The notes under the pieces are model-generated. The model was given only the letters and a program-made list of their open reading frames with translations. It was not told the origin of the DNA and did no database searches. DNA of 64,000 nucleotides, taken from assembly GCF_044704955.1 (NCBI RefSeq), contig NC_091998.1, positions 12,338,001 to 12,402,000 on the forward strand, in the 5' to 3' direction. Shown here one piece after another: positions 51,345 through 64,000 of the stretch; the first letter of the stretch is position 1; every line of letters starts with the position of its first letter. Position numbers and translations under genes: made by a program. Source of the DNA: Pristiophorus japonicus. Its lineage: Eukaryota.

Positions 51345-51842
51345 GAATAGCGCTGGTGGCTCTGGCGGGGAACTCGCTCCGAAATTGGCTCCAAGTGGTG
51401 TTACCTGCCAATCACACGGAGGACGGGGTCACGCTCCCCATTGGCTGTCAATCTCATAGAGGGCGGCGCTATCATCATGCACTGATCAGCACAATGCCTT
51501 CTGTTTTTGTTTGAGAGTCCCATGTGGCGACTTGTGTCTGCAACTCACCAAACCTTATAAAAAGAAATACTTGCATTTATATAGCGCCTTTCATGACCAC
51601 CAGGCGTCCTAATGCGCTTTAGAGTCAATGCAGTCACTGTTGTAATGTGGGAAACGCGGCAGCCAACTTGTGCACAGCAAGCTCCCACAAACAGCAACAC
51701 GATAACAACTCGATCATTTGTTTTTGTGATGTTGATTGAGGTATAAATATCAGCTAAGACACTGGGGAGTACTCCCTTACTCTGCTTCGATACAGTGCCA
51801 CAGGATCATTTATGTTTACCTGAGAGGACTAAACCTTTATGA
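51345..51842 (-). promoter_or_regulatory. Copy 3 proximal promoter (2 modules plus SINE tail); left copy of ~500-bp direct repeat
   Basis: Homologous to the copy 1 and 2 promoters. Modules at ~51405 and ~51445; the CTTAAG element is degraded to ctccaag. Confidence 0.7.
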
Positions 51843-54800
51843 GAGAGAGAATCATTGCCTCAGATATCTTATTCTCACTCGCTACATCTTGGATTCTCAC
51901 CATCTCTCCTAAAGGCACTGTTTAGTGCCAAGCTTACAGTTTACATCTCACCATATGCAACTAGGCCCATACAGCAGAGCCTAGTATCCAGTCGTCTTGG
52001 ATCCCCTTGACATTGGACCAAGACCTTGCTCTGCCAAACCCGTGTGGTGGCTGGTGTGCAACGACTAGCCCACATTAAAAGAATTCATCAACAGGCATCT
52101 TCCACCCTTCAAAATGAAGTTTGGGACCTGGAACATCAGGACCCTCATTGAAAACCCCAACAGCCACAGACTGGAACGTCGCACTGCTATCGTTGCCCGG
52201 GCACACAGATGTTTCGATGTAGACATCGTCGCCCTAAGCAAGACCCGGCGGGCAGGGGAAGGCCAGCTCAAAGAATAAGGTAGTGGTTACACCTCCTTAA
52301 TAGGAACATAAGAAATAGGAACACGAGTAGGCCATATGGCCCCTCAAGCCTGCTCCGCCATTCAATAAGATCATGGCTGATCTGATCATGGACTCAGCTC
52401 CACTTCCCTGCCCGCTCCCCATAACCCCTTATCTCCTTATCGTTTAAGAAACTATCTATTTCTGTCTTAAATTTATTCAATGACCCAGCTTCCACAGCTC
52501 TCTGAGGCAGTGAATTCCACAGATTTACAACCTTCGGAGACAAGAAATTTCTCTTCATCTCCGTTTTACATGAGCGGCCCCTTATTCTAAGATCATGCCC
52601 TCTTGTTCTAGTCTCCCCCATCAGTGGAAAATCCTTTCTGCATCCACCTTGTCAAGCCCTCTCATAATCTTATACGTTTCGATAAGATCACCTCTCATTC
52701 TTCTGAATTCCAATGACGAGAGACCCAATCTACTCAACCTTTCCTCATAAGTCAACCCCCTGATCAGGAAGGCCAATGGAATCAACCTAGTGAACCTTCT
52801 CTGAACTGCCTCCAAAGCAAGTATATCCTTCCTTAAATATGGAAACCAAAACTACACGCATTATTCCAGGTGTGGCCTCACCAATACCTTGTATAGTTGT
52901 AGCAAGACTTCCCTACTTCCCTACAAGATTCCATTGGCCTTCCTGATCACTTGCTGTACCTGTATACTAACCTTTTGTGTTTCATGCACAAGTACCCCCA
53001 GGTCCCGCTGTACTGTGGCACTTTGCAATCTTTCTTGCTCTTTGATTTTTTTCTGCCAAACTGCATGACCTCACACTTTCCATCTTCCAAATTTTTGCCC
53101 AGTCACTTAGCCTGTCTGGAAAGGCAAACCAGAAGAAGAACACCGCTCCATGGGGTAGGCTTCGCCGTAAAAAATGAGCTAGTGGGCCGTCTCAGAGACT
53201 CCCCTTGCGGGATAAATGAATGCCTCATGACTCTTTGGCTCACCTTAGCCCAGAACCAGTGCACTACAGTCATCAGCACGTATGCCCCAACACTGGAAGC
53301 TACAGATGGCACCAAAGAGGAATTCTACTCCAGTCTCGAACAATCCCTGTCCCGAGTTCCAATGGGCGACAAGCTGATCCTCCTCGGCAACTTCAACGCC
53401 AGAGTTGGAAAGGACACAGACCTCTGGGGAGTTGTGATCGGCAGAAAGGGGCTAGGGAAATCCAAATCCAGCGGTAGCCTGGTCCTGACAAAATGCCGAG
53501 AACATGGCCTTGTCATCACCAAGGCCTTGTTCCATCAGAGAGACAAGTACAAGGCTTCATGGCAACACCCTCGCTCCAAGAACTGGCATCTGCTCGACTA
53601 CATTCATTGTCTGAGCGAGGGACCACAAGGACGTGCGCATCACCCGCACCTTGACAGGAGCTGACGACTGCTGGATGGTTTAATCCACTCTGTCATCAAC
53701 ATCACAGCAGTGATGATAACAGAAACAATACCGCAGGAAAATCAACGCTGGGGCACTCAAAGACCCTAATAAGAAAGCCCTATTCAACCAGCATCTCACT
53801 GCCGTCCTGACAACTCCCAGTGACCCAGAGATGCAGAATGTCCACAGTGCCTGGTCTGCCCTCAAGGCCTCCATAATTAGTGCCTGCGAAGAGATACTCG
53901 GTCACTCGTCCAGGAAACACCAAGACTGGTTCGACAAGAACGACCAGGAGATCCAGGAGCTAATAAACCACAAGCGCAAGGCATTTCTGAACTTGAAACA
54001 GCAACCCAACTCGAGAGCAAAACAACAGCTCTACAGACAGCTGAAGGCCGACGTCCAACAAAAAAACCCATGACGTAAAGAACAGATGGTGGGTGGGGAA
54101 AGTGCAGGAGATCCAGCAGTTAGCTGACAACCATGACGTGTGAGGATTCTTCAGCGCAGTCAAGACCACCTACGGCTCAAGCACCCAAGGCCCTACTCCA
54201 CTGCTGGCCAAGAATGGAGAAGTACTCATCAAGGACAGAGGCAATCAGTGCCCGTTGGAAAGAGCACTTCGAAGATCTCCTTAACCGAGACTCTGTTCTC
54301 AACGCGAGTGTCCATGACTCCATCCTACAGCATGCTACCCGCCACCATCTGAGCAAAACCCCAGACCAGCACGAGGTAGAAAAGGCCATCCAACAGCTGA
54401 AGAACAACAAGGCATCAGGAGCAGATGGAATCTCCGCCAAAGCACTAAATCATGGCGGAGAAGCACTACTAGCATGAATACATGACCTAATTTCTCTTAT
54501 CTGGAAGGAGGAGAGCATGCCAGGAGATCTGAGAGATGCCGTAATCGTGACCAGCTTCAAGAAAGGAGACAAGTCCGATTGCGGTAATTACAGAGGAGTT
54601 TCCCTGCTGTCGGCCACAGGGAAAGTCATTGCAAGAATCCTCCTCAATCGTCTTCTCCCTGTGGCTAATGAGCTCCTCCCAGAGTTGCAATGCAGATTCC
54701 GCCCACTAAGGGACACAACAGACGTGATATTCACCACGCGGCAATTACAAGAGAAATGCAGGGAACAGCACCAACCCTTTTACATGGCCTTCTTTGACCT

Positions 54801-57800
54801 CACTAAGACCTTTGACACTGTCAACCATGAGGGATTATGGAGCGTCCTCCTCCGTTTCGGCTGCCCTCAAAAGTTTGTCACCATTTTTACTCATTGGTGT
54901 TCAGAAGAATGAGAGGTGATCTTATCGAAACATAAAAGATAATGAGGGGGCTCAACAAGGTGGATGCAGAGAAGATATTTTAACTCATAGTGGAAACTAA
55001 AACTCAGGGGCATAGTCTCAGAATAAGGGGCCGCCCATTTAAAACTTTAATGAGGAGAAATATCTTCTCTCAGAGGGTTATAAATCTGTGGAATTCTCTG
55101 CCCCAGAGAGCTGGGGAGGCTGGTTTATTGAATATATTTAAGGCGGAGATAAAGAGATTTTTGAGTGATAAGGGAATAAAGGGTTATGGGGAGCAGGCAG
55201 GGAAGTGGAGCCGAGTCCATGATCAGATCAGCCATGATCTTATTAAATAGCGGAGCAGGGTCGAGGGGCCAAATGGCCTACTCCTGCTCCTATTTCTTAT
55301 GTTCTTATGTTCATCCTCCACCTGCTCCACGATGACATGCAAGCCGTGATCCTGACCAACGCATCCACCACAGACCCAATTCATGTCCAGACCAGGGTTA
55401 AGCAAGGCTGTGTCATCGCACCAACGCTCTTCTCGATCTTCCTTGCTGCAATGCTACGTCTCACCCTCAGCCAGCTCCCCGCTGGAGTGGAGCTAAATTA
55501 TAGAACAAATGGGAATCTGTTCAACCTCTGCTGCCTCCAGGCCAGATCCAAGGTTGTCCCATTCTCTGTCATTGAACTACAGTTCGCCGATGACACTTGC
55601 ATCTGTGCACACTCGGAGGCCGAACTCCAAGCCATCGTCAACACCTTCACCGAGGCGTACGAGAGTATGACCCTTACACTAAACATCCGCAGGTCAAAGA
55701 TCCTCTACCAACCTGACCCTACTATACAGCACTGCCCCCCAGGTTATCAAAATCCACGACGAGGCCTTGGACAACGTGGATCATTTTCCATACCTCGGGA
55801 GCCTACTTCAACAAGGGTAGACATCGACGACGACGTCCAACACTGCCTTCAGTGTGCCAGTGCAGCCTTCGGTTGCCTGAGGAAGAGAGTGTTTGAAGAC
55901 CAGGACCTCAAACCCGGCATCAAGCTTATGGCCTACAGGGCAATAGTGATACCCACCCTCCTATATGGCTCAGAGGCGTGGACAGTGTACAGCAGACACC
56001 TCAAAGTGCTGGAAGTACCACCAACGCTGTCTCCGCAAGATCTTGCAAATCCACTGGCAGGATAGGCGCACCAACGTCAGTTTTCTCGCTCAGGCCAACA
56101 TCCCCAGCATCGAAGCACTGATCACACTCGACCAGCTCCGTTGGGCGGGCCACATCATCCGCATGCCAGACACGAGACTCCCAAAGCAAGCGCTCTACTC
56201 GGAGCTTCAACACATCAAACGAGCCCCAGGTGGGCAGAGGAAACGCTTCACGGACACCCTCAAAGCCTCCTTGAAAAGTGCAACATCCTCACCGACACCT
56301 GGGAATCGCTGGCCCAAGACTGCCCAGAGTAGAAAAAGAGCATCCGGGAAGGCGCTGAGCACCTCAAGTCTTGTCGCTGAGAGCCTGCAGAAAGCAAGCG
56401 CAGACAGCGGAAGGAGCTTATGGCAAACCAGGCTCCCCACCCACCCTTTCCTCCAACCTTTATGTCTTCAGATGCTCTGATAATGACACCACGAGACAAT
56501 GTGTTGTGCTTGAACTGTAGTGACCTTAGTTCATTTAATGTAACTCCAGAGTGAGGATCACACATCGTGGCCTGCCTTTTATACTAGGCCTGGCACACCT
56601 GTACAGGTAACCTACAAGTCTCCCACTGCAGTGCCCTCTGGTGGCACACCTTGTAATAGTACAAGCAGTAACCATGTAGGATACATGACATCACTCTCCC
56701 CAAGTCCTTAGTGCAAATCGCCTTTGCATTGACTGTGCTCTGGGCTTAACTCTATCTGGTTGACCCTTGGAGGGTCGTTTCCATCTGGTGTTTCGTTGGT
56801 AGTAGAGGTGCTGGTGATTTCTGTTTGTGCGTCCATGACCACTCCATTCTCTCCCCCCCACCCCCTCTCCTCCCCCCAACCCCCCACGTACAGATTGTGC
56901 CATTGGCTCATTATATTCAAATACATTCAAGTCCAAAAAATAATTTGCATTTACAGTATTACATTCGTGGTACCGTAGAGAGGCAAGTACATTTGAATGA
57001 TGAGGTACATACTTGGAATATACTTGAAATCAGTGCTGGGGTCAGCACCGGTACGTGAGGACAAACTAGTGCCAGAACTGCTGGATGGTGTCCAGGTCGT
57101 CTGGTGGTGGTGTGGTGCCCAATGCTGGCAGTGGGAACCCAGTTGGCTCAAGTTGCCTGCTCTTAGGACTTTTGCCGTTGCTCCTAGCGTCGGGCAGGTT
57201 CACAGATGCCTGTGACCTCCCTGTCCTCTCCTTGCGCCCCGGGTCGCTGCTGCTCCCTGAGGAGCAGTCATCTAGCAGTGCGCAGTGAACTGCTGACTCG
57301 CTTGCCTGGGCGTTCTTTGGTTTGGAGTCCTAGCTGGTCCCAGTCCCATTTGGGAGAACCGTTGCGGGTGACCCTTCGTTCCCGGGTGTGGCCTTGGTGG
57401 CGATGGGGTCTGGGGGCTGCGCCTTAGCGCGGTTTGCTCTTTCAGGCTCATGGCGGTTGGTGCCATCGGGTGCTTGAGAGGTGGAGCCGATTGAGGACAT
57501 GGTATCGATACCGGTGCTGTTGCTCTCCTGAGATCGCTTGCTCTGCAGCTTGTATATATTATTTGCATGTGGCCACACTCCATGGTGCATCACTCTGGTC
57601 CCAGGGACACAGGCCACAGCATTGGGTAGCTCGCTGGATCTGTGTGCTCCCGATGGGTGTTTGCCCGTTGTATTGACTATATGCAGTTGAAATCCTACAT
57701 TGCACAATGCTTCATTACTCATTGTAAATAACCTGTAGCTCCGATCGCAATCGCGCGACTTTTCCTTGCTTATTGCATGTACACAACTCTGATCATCAAT

Positions 57801-59919
57801 TACACATTTTACATCTAACTCACAGTTGCTATTGCATTGATTGAGAGTGTGGAACTGTCCCTTTAAGTGTGTTGAGTTGCTGGCCTCCTATAAGAGAGTC
57901 TTGCTATCTTTACCCCAATCCTCTTCTTCGCTTGGTGCCACGTGATGCTCCATCAGCGCTGCAGGTGATGGTCTGGCCACTGCCATCTTTTTCTTCAGCG
58001 CCTCACCTCGTGGTTTGGGTGCCATCTTTCTTCCATCTATGATGTCGACTGATTGATCCTCTTCTCCTCGGGTTCTGCCACCGAGGCTGGGAAGTCACCT
58101 CTGGATCCGATTTTCTTCCTCCGGAGTCCTGCCACTGGAGCCCGGAAGGTGCGGTCGGGTCATCTCAGCTGGATCACCTCCACGCAGTCGTGCTGAGCGG
58201 TCTGTGCCTCCGTGCTGTGCTGGCCTGCTCTCCGGTGCCGGATCCAACCTTAGGTGAGGGCTTGTTTTGCCTCTGAGCGCGGAGGACATCGATAGCTGGA
58301 GGGATTAAATCTTCTCAGCTCCAATGGATCTTCTCCATCCACCTTCTTCCGAATAGCGTTGGTCCATCACTTGCAACAATCCACAAGGGTAACTTGTGCA
58401 CCGCGCCATCATGGAGTACCTTTACATCCGCACTACCAATGACTGGGATAAGTTCATTGGTATAGGTGCGCAGCTTTGCCTGAACCGGGAGCGACTTCGG
58501 TCGTTCAGCCTGATTGTCCCATAGCCTCTCAAAGGCTTCTTGATTCATTACTGACTGGCTCTCCCCAGTGTCCACTTCCACGAAGACTGGAACACCATTT
58601 ATCTCGACTTCCATCCTCAACGGTGAACATTCGGTGGTGCAGGTAAACATGCCATATACCTCATCGTGGGGCTGAGCTGCATCTCTGACTATCGCTTTAT
58701 AATCCACGCTGGATTCATGGCCAACTGCAGATTCTTCATCAACACAATGAGTCATATTTCTTTTATATATTCGCTGGCCCTTTGTGCTGCAGCCTTTATA
58801 CACAGTCTTTCAAATGGCACTGGTGAGCCCTGTGATTCCCTCCGCAACGGCAGCATGGTGCTACTCGATTAGCCCCCCTCGGCGTTAAGCGACTCGGAGG
58901 CCTGTTCTCTCTCCCCTGAGAAGATTCATTTTCTACAGTCCAGCCTCTAAAAGGCGCCATTCTGTGCACAGTAGTTGCCGGGTTCGAGTCCTGAGGATGA
59001 GTCATCCGCCTAGAGCCGCAGGTCGAGGTCATGAATGCCTGGCTCACGGAGATGGCCTTCTGCAGTGTGACTGTGGTATCCGCAGATAGTAGCTTATGAA
59101 GAAGGCCCTCATGGCTGATTCCGATGACAAAGATATCCCGCAGCGCTTCGGTGAGCTGGTCGCTGAAATCACACGGTGCCGCCAGCCTCCTGAGGTCTGC
59201 AGCATATTTTGTGATTTCCTGGTCTTTGGGCCATCGGTGGGTATAAAACTGGTGTCTGGGCTGTGAGGATGCTCTCTTTGGGCTTGAGTTGTTCTTGGAT
59301 CAGAATTACAAGCTCCTCGTATGTCTTGGTTGTTGTCTTCGCTGGTGCCAGCAAGTCCCTACCGAGGCCATAGACGGTGGACCCACAACTGGTTAGCAGG
59401 AGAGCTCTGCGCTTATCAGCCAGTGTGGCCGGGTTATCGCCTGCCAGGTTGATTGCTGTGAAGAAATGGTCGAGCCTCTCCACAAAGGCATCTCAATCAT
59501 CACCATCGACAAACTGCTGCAACGTACCAAAGTTAGCCATTTTCGCGTGTAGGACTGTAATCTCGTCGCCAATTGTTATGTCTTCAGATGCTCTGATAAT
59601 GACTCCACAAGACAATGTGTTGTGCTTGAACTGTAGTGACCTTAGTCCATTTAATGTAACTCCAGAGTGAGGATTACTCATGGTGGCCTGCTTTTTATAC
59701 AGGTAACCTACAAGACTCCCACTGCAGTGCCCTCTGGTGGTACAGCTTGTAATAGTACAAGCAGTAACCATGTAGGATACATGACACCAACCTCTGTCTG
59801 CCCCACCTGTGGCAGAGACTGGAGGACCCGCATAGGACTGACTCATCAGTCACATGAGAACTCATTTTTGGTTTGGAATCAAGTGAACCACGAATCTGAA
59901 GAACTGCCTAAGAAGAAGA
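51843..59919 (+). mobile_element. Near full-length degenerate RTE LINE with nested CR1s (52303-53105 minus; 54886-55308 plus) and an LTR element
   Basis: 5'UTR, APE (GTWNIRTL, GVGFAV, LILLGNFNARVG), RT (FDLTKTFDTV, VKQGCVIAP, FADD), 3' tail ctgcctaagaagaag. Confidence 0.92.
56458..59786 (-). mobile_element. Non-autonomous Ty3/Gypsy LTR retrotransposon (gag + protease only)
   Basis: LTRs 56458-56690 and 59574-59786; 5-bp TSD ccaac; PBS TGGCGACGAG; PPT GGGGAGAGTGA; gag (ERLDHFF..., CCRCGGNHRAHQC knuckle); aspartic protease VDTG. No RT, RNase H or integrase seen. Confidence 0.9.
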
Positions 59920-60441
59920 GAACAGTGGTGGCTCTGAGGGGAAGTCGCTCCGAAAGCGGGGTGGGGCTGGGCAGAGACTTAAGTAGTGTTACCTGTCAAT
60001 CACATGGAGGGCGGAGCCACGCTCCCCATTGGCTGTCAATCAGGCGGAGGACGGGGCTATAGTCCTCACTGGCTGTCAATCACAGAGACAGGGGGGCTAT
60101 AATCATGGACTGATTCAGCACAATGTGGTGACTTGTGCCTATAGCTCGCCAACCTTATAAAAAGAAATATTTGCATTTATATAGCGCCTTCATGAGCACC
60201 GGACGTCCCAAAGCGCTTTACAGTCAATGCAGTCACTGTTGTAATGTGGAAAATGCGGCAGCCAACTTGAGCACAGCAAGCTCCCACAAACAGCAACACG
60301 ATAACAACTAGGTAATCTGTTTTTGTGATGTTGATTGAGGTATAAATATCAGCCAGGACACTGGGGAGAACTGCCCTACTCTGCTTTGATATAGTGCCAT
60401 GGGATCGTTTATATTCTCCTGAGAGGGCTAAATGTTTATGA
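59920..60441 (-). repeat. Distal duplicate of the copy 3 promoter (3 modules, CTTAAG retained); right copy of ~500-bp direct repeat
   Basis: Colinear with 51345-51842. Starts immediately after the RTE 3' tail, with no exon 1 adjacent. Confidence 0.85.
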
Positions 60442-60669
60442 AACACAAGTTAGGCTTCAGCTGGAGTATTGTTTTCAATTCTGGGCACCACACTTTAAGC
60501 AGGATTTTCAGGCTTTAACAAAGATGCAGACTTCAGTTACATGGAGAGACTGGAGAAGCTGGGGTTGTTCTTAGAGCAGAAAAGGTCAAGAGGCGATTTG
60601 ATGGAGGCGTTCAAAATCATGAACTGTTTTAAGGACAAACTGTTTCCAGTTCTATGAAGTTAGAGTTTT

Positions 60670-61355
60670 TAATAGTTTATAAGCAAGTACAGAGCCAGGT
60701 AAAAGATTGGCTGGGTAGGAACGAAAAAAAGGGAATGTTTGTGATAGCACGGAGGGCAGGCGTGATTAAATGGCAAAAGGAATGATGACGCAAGACAAAT
60801 GGGGATAGTAATGGCACAATAAAGAAACAAAAGATCAATCCAGAGGAGGTGTAAATGTTTACAGCAAAACCATTACCTCATCTTTCAATTAGGCATTTTA
60901 CAGTCTTCCGACCTCAACACTGAGTCCAACAACTTCAGATTATAACCACCGTGCCCATTATCTGGGACAGCATAGAAACATAGAAAACAGGTGCAGGAGC
61001 AGGCCATTCAGCCCTTCTAGCCTGCACCGCCATTCAATGAGTTCATGGCTGAACATGAAACATGCAGGTCCAGACTTGATACGAATTAGGATACGGACAA
61101 GAGAGATTTGGATGAACTCAAGTTTATGGGGAGTGGAAGATGGGAGGCTGGCCAGAAGAATATTGGAATAGTCAAGTCTAGAAGTAACAAAGGCATGGGT
61201 GAGGGCTCCAGCTGCAGATGAGCTGAGGGAGGGACGCAGTCGGGCGATACGGAGATAAAATAGGTGGACCCAGTGAAGTGGTCGGAAGCTCACCTCGGGG
61301 TAAGAATTACCACCACGGTTGTGAATGTCTGGTTCGGCCTCAGACAGTTGTCAGG
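60670..61355. mobile_element. Penelope-like and L2-like fragments with a short CR1 tail (60971-61060)
   Basis: Paralog of 37030-37650; RLRPSLSSSAAGALTHAFVTSRLDYSN peptide. Confidence 0.6.
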
Positions 61356-61984
61356 GAGTTTGTGTCGGAGATATAGTTATTTGCACTAGAGAAATGCTCT
61401 AATTGGGTCTCTATGATCACATGACCTGATTGCTGATTGGGGGATAAGACACACCCAGCAGTTTCGCTGAAATGTGTAATTAGAACCGCCCAGCCCCATT
61501 TCTCAGTGACTTTGTAAAGTGTAATTCGACCCATTATGACTACCGACTCTAGACAGGAGAGCTCACCCCACTCTGCCCAAGTTCTTGATCCTCCCAGCCC
61601 AAGTTTCAAGTTTTTGAACCCCCCCCCCCAGCCCAAGTTCCCGCCCCATCCCAGCCTGACCTTACCTCTTCCCCCACCACACCATAGCTGGGGCATTTTG
61701 TGTGGGTCACGGATTGTTAACAGGCTTATTAGGTTTGAAGTGAATAGTGACAGTCGTGCCTTTCGGATTTCATTCACTCCAATGATGTCCCTTGTAACAC
61801 ATGCACCAAGCGTTCTAAGAAATTGGGTATGGGTGTAAAGGGGGTTGGAAAAACGTGATCCGTCTTCCCTGAGTTCCCTATCTCCGCTCCGATCCCTTCT
61901 CCCTCATCCCCTCTCTCTCCCCCAGTGCATCTCACTCTCCCCCCAGACTCTCTGTCTCAGTCTCTCTCACTCCAGCCTTCTTCC

Positions 61985-62330
61985 CCCCCGTCTCTCTTTC
62001 TCCCCCCCCCCCCGTCTCTTTCTCCCCCCCCCCCGTCTCTTTCTCCCCCCCCCCCCCCGTCTCTTTCTCCTCCCCCCCCCCCCCCCCGTCTCTTTCTCCC
62101 CCCCCCCCCGTCTCTTTCTCCCCCCCCCCCCCCCGTCTCTTTCTCCCCCCCCCCCCCCCCGTCTCTTTCTCCTCCCCCCCCCCCCCCCGTCTCTTTCTCC
62201 TCCCCCCCCCCCCCCGTCTCTTTCTCCTCCCCCCCCCGTCTCTTTCTCCTCCCCCCCCCCCCCGTCTCTTTCTCCTCCCCCCCCCCCCCGTCTCTTTCTC
62301 CCCCCCCCCCCCCCCGTCTCTTTCTCCCCC
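61985..62330. repeat. Low-complexity tandem repeat (CGTCTCTTTCTC + poly-C)n; G-quadruplex-prone on the minus strand
   Basis: Repeated ~20-30-bp units with variable C-run length, in a polypyrimidine tract from ~61860 to 62455. Confidence 0.92.
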
Positions 62331-62584
62331 AGTCTCTCTCACTCTCCTTCCAGCCTCTCTTCCCTCCCACCCCCACTCTCTCTCTCTCCCCCCCAGTCTC
62401 TCTCTCTCCCCCACCCCCTCAGTCTCTCTCTCTCTCTCTCTCTCTCCCACCTCCGATGTTTTCTCTCCCACAGAAGGCCGTGAAAATGTTTGTACAGATA
62501 ATCACAGCGATATTCTCGGCAAAAGTCCTGAAGATAATCCTAAAGCTAGACACACGCGGCAGAGCTCCTCATGATACAGGCCCT

Positions 62585-62764
62585 ACTTCCGGTTTCGGGT
62601 TCGAGGAGTCTGCGCATGCGCAGGAGGATGGGGCGGTAGTCCAGGGGATGGTGGTGCGCATGCGAGGTGTGGGGGCGGAGTCGAGGGGATGGTGGTGCGC
62701 ATGCGAGGTGTGGGGGCGGATTTTAGGGGATGGTGGTGCGCATGCGAGGTGTGGGGGCGGAGTC
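62585..62764. promoter_or_regulatory. Candidate CpG promoter: ETS site, NRF1 palindrome and three 41-bp NRF1+GC-box repeats
   Basis: acttccgg at 62585-62592; tgcgcatgcgca at 62611-62622; units at 62643, 62684 and 62725. Confidence 0.55.
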
Positions 62765-62919
62765 TCGGGCGCATAGGCACAGAAGGACGCTCAAACAATG
62801 AGTGCAAGCAATCACTTTGTTGCCTCGGGGACCGAAAACAATGGCTTCGGTCTTCCCAACAGTTAGTTGGTGGAAATTTCTGCTCATCCAGTACTGGATG
62901 TCAGACAAGGGTCGTTGAG

Positions 62920-64000
62920 GGCAGTGCATTTGATGGATTTTAGCAAGGCTTTTGACAAGGTCCCACAGGGCAGGCCGATCAAAAAAATAAAAGCCCATTG
63001 GATCCAAGGGAGTGTGGCAAATTGGATCTAAAATGGACTCAGTGGCAGTAAGCAAAGGGTAATGGTTGACGGGTGTTTTTGCGACTGGAAGGCTGTTTCT
63101 AGTGGAGGTCCACAGGGCTCAGTACTCGGTCCCTTGCTTTTTGTAGTATATATTAATGATTTAGACAAATGTAGAAGGCATGATAAAGAAATTTGCAGAT
63201 AATACAAGAATTGGCCGTGTGGTTGAGGAACAAAGTTGTAGACTGCAGGAAGATATCGATGAACTGGTCAGTTGGGCAGAAAAGTGAAAAATGGAATTCA
63301 ATCTGGAAAAGTGAGGTAATGCATTTGGAGAGGGGCAACAAGGCAAGGGAATACACAATAAATGGGAGAATGCTGAGAGGAGTGCATGTCCACAGATCCT
63401 TAAAGGTAGCAGGACAGGTCGATAAGGTAGTCAAAAAGGCATACGGAATGTTTTCCTTTATTAGGAAGTTTGCAGATGACACTAAACTGGGTGGCGGTGT
63501 GAGCTGTGAGGAGGTTGCTAAGAGGCTGCAGGGTGATTTGGACAGGTTAGGTGAGTTGGCAAATGCATAGCAGATGCAGTATAATGTGGATAAATGTGAG
63601 GTTATCCACTTTGGTGGCAAAAATACGAAGGCAGAATATTATCTGGATGGTGGCAGATTAGGAAAAGGGGAGGTGCAACGAGACCTGGGTGTCATGGTTC
63701 ATCAGTCATTGAAAATTGGCATGCAGGTACAGCAGGTGGTGAAGAAGGCAAATGGTATGTTGGCCTTCATAGCTAGGGGATTTGAGTATAGGAGCAGGGA
63801 GGTCTTACTGCAGTTGTACAGGGCCTTGGTGAGGCCTCACCTGGAATATTGTGTTCAGTTTTGGTCTCCTAATCTGAGGAAGGACGTTCTTGCTATTGAG
63901 GGAGTGCAGCGAAGGTTCACCAGATTGATTCCAGGGATGGCTGGACTGACATATGAGGAGAGACTGGATCAACTGGGCCTTTATACACTGGAGTTTAGAA
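62920..64000 (+). mobile_element. Old CR1 fragment followed by a younger CR1 (from ~63465), running off the window
   Basis: RT motifs ([36 protein letters not shown]). Confidence 0.9.

Noticed and set aside
61845-62776. Long proline-rich and Gly/Arg/Glu-rich ORFs
   Set aside because: Artefacts of a stop-free poly-C repeat that is open in several frames on both strands.

Overview
Repeat-dense vertebrate DNA, probably from a shark or other cartilaginous fish (inferred from the CR1/RTE/Tx1 content and Deu-domain SINEs). The host content is a tandem, minus-strand cluster of three intron-containing single-domain cyclophilin (peptidyl-prolyl isomerase) genes. Copy 1 shows exons 1-4 (6211-9036; exons 5-6 should lie left of the window). 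Copies 2 (27661-34359) and 3 (43144-51306) are complete 6-exon, 168-aa ORFs. There is also an exon-less relic of a fourth unit (about 16590-20700). The rest is nested CR1, RTE, L2, Penelope, Gypsy, Harbinger/MITE and SINE sequence. Most notable: (1) three Tx1-clade LINEs stacked at one 19-bp target inside an LTR-like sequence; (2) a near full-length RTE LINE flanked by a ~500-bp duplication of the copy 3 promoter, an apparent giant target-site duplication; (3) diverging cyclophilin paralogs with no targeting peptide, whose promoters are copy-number-variable arrays of a GC-box/PBX-PREP/CCAAT module.
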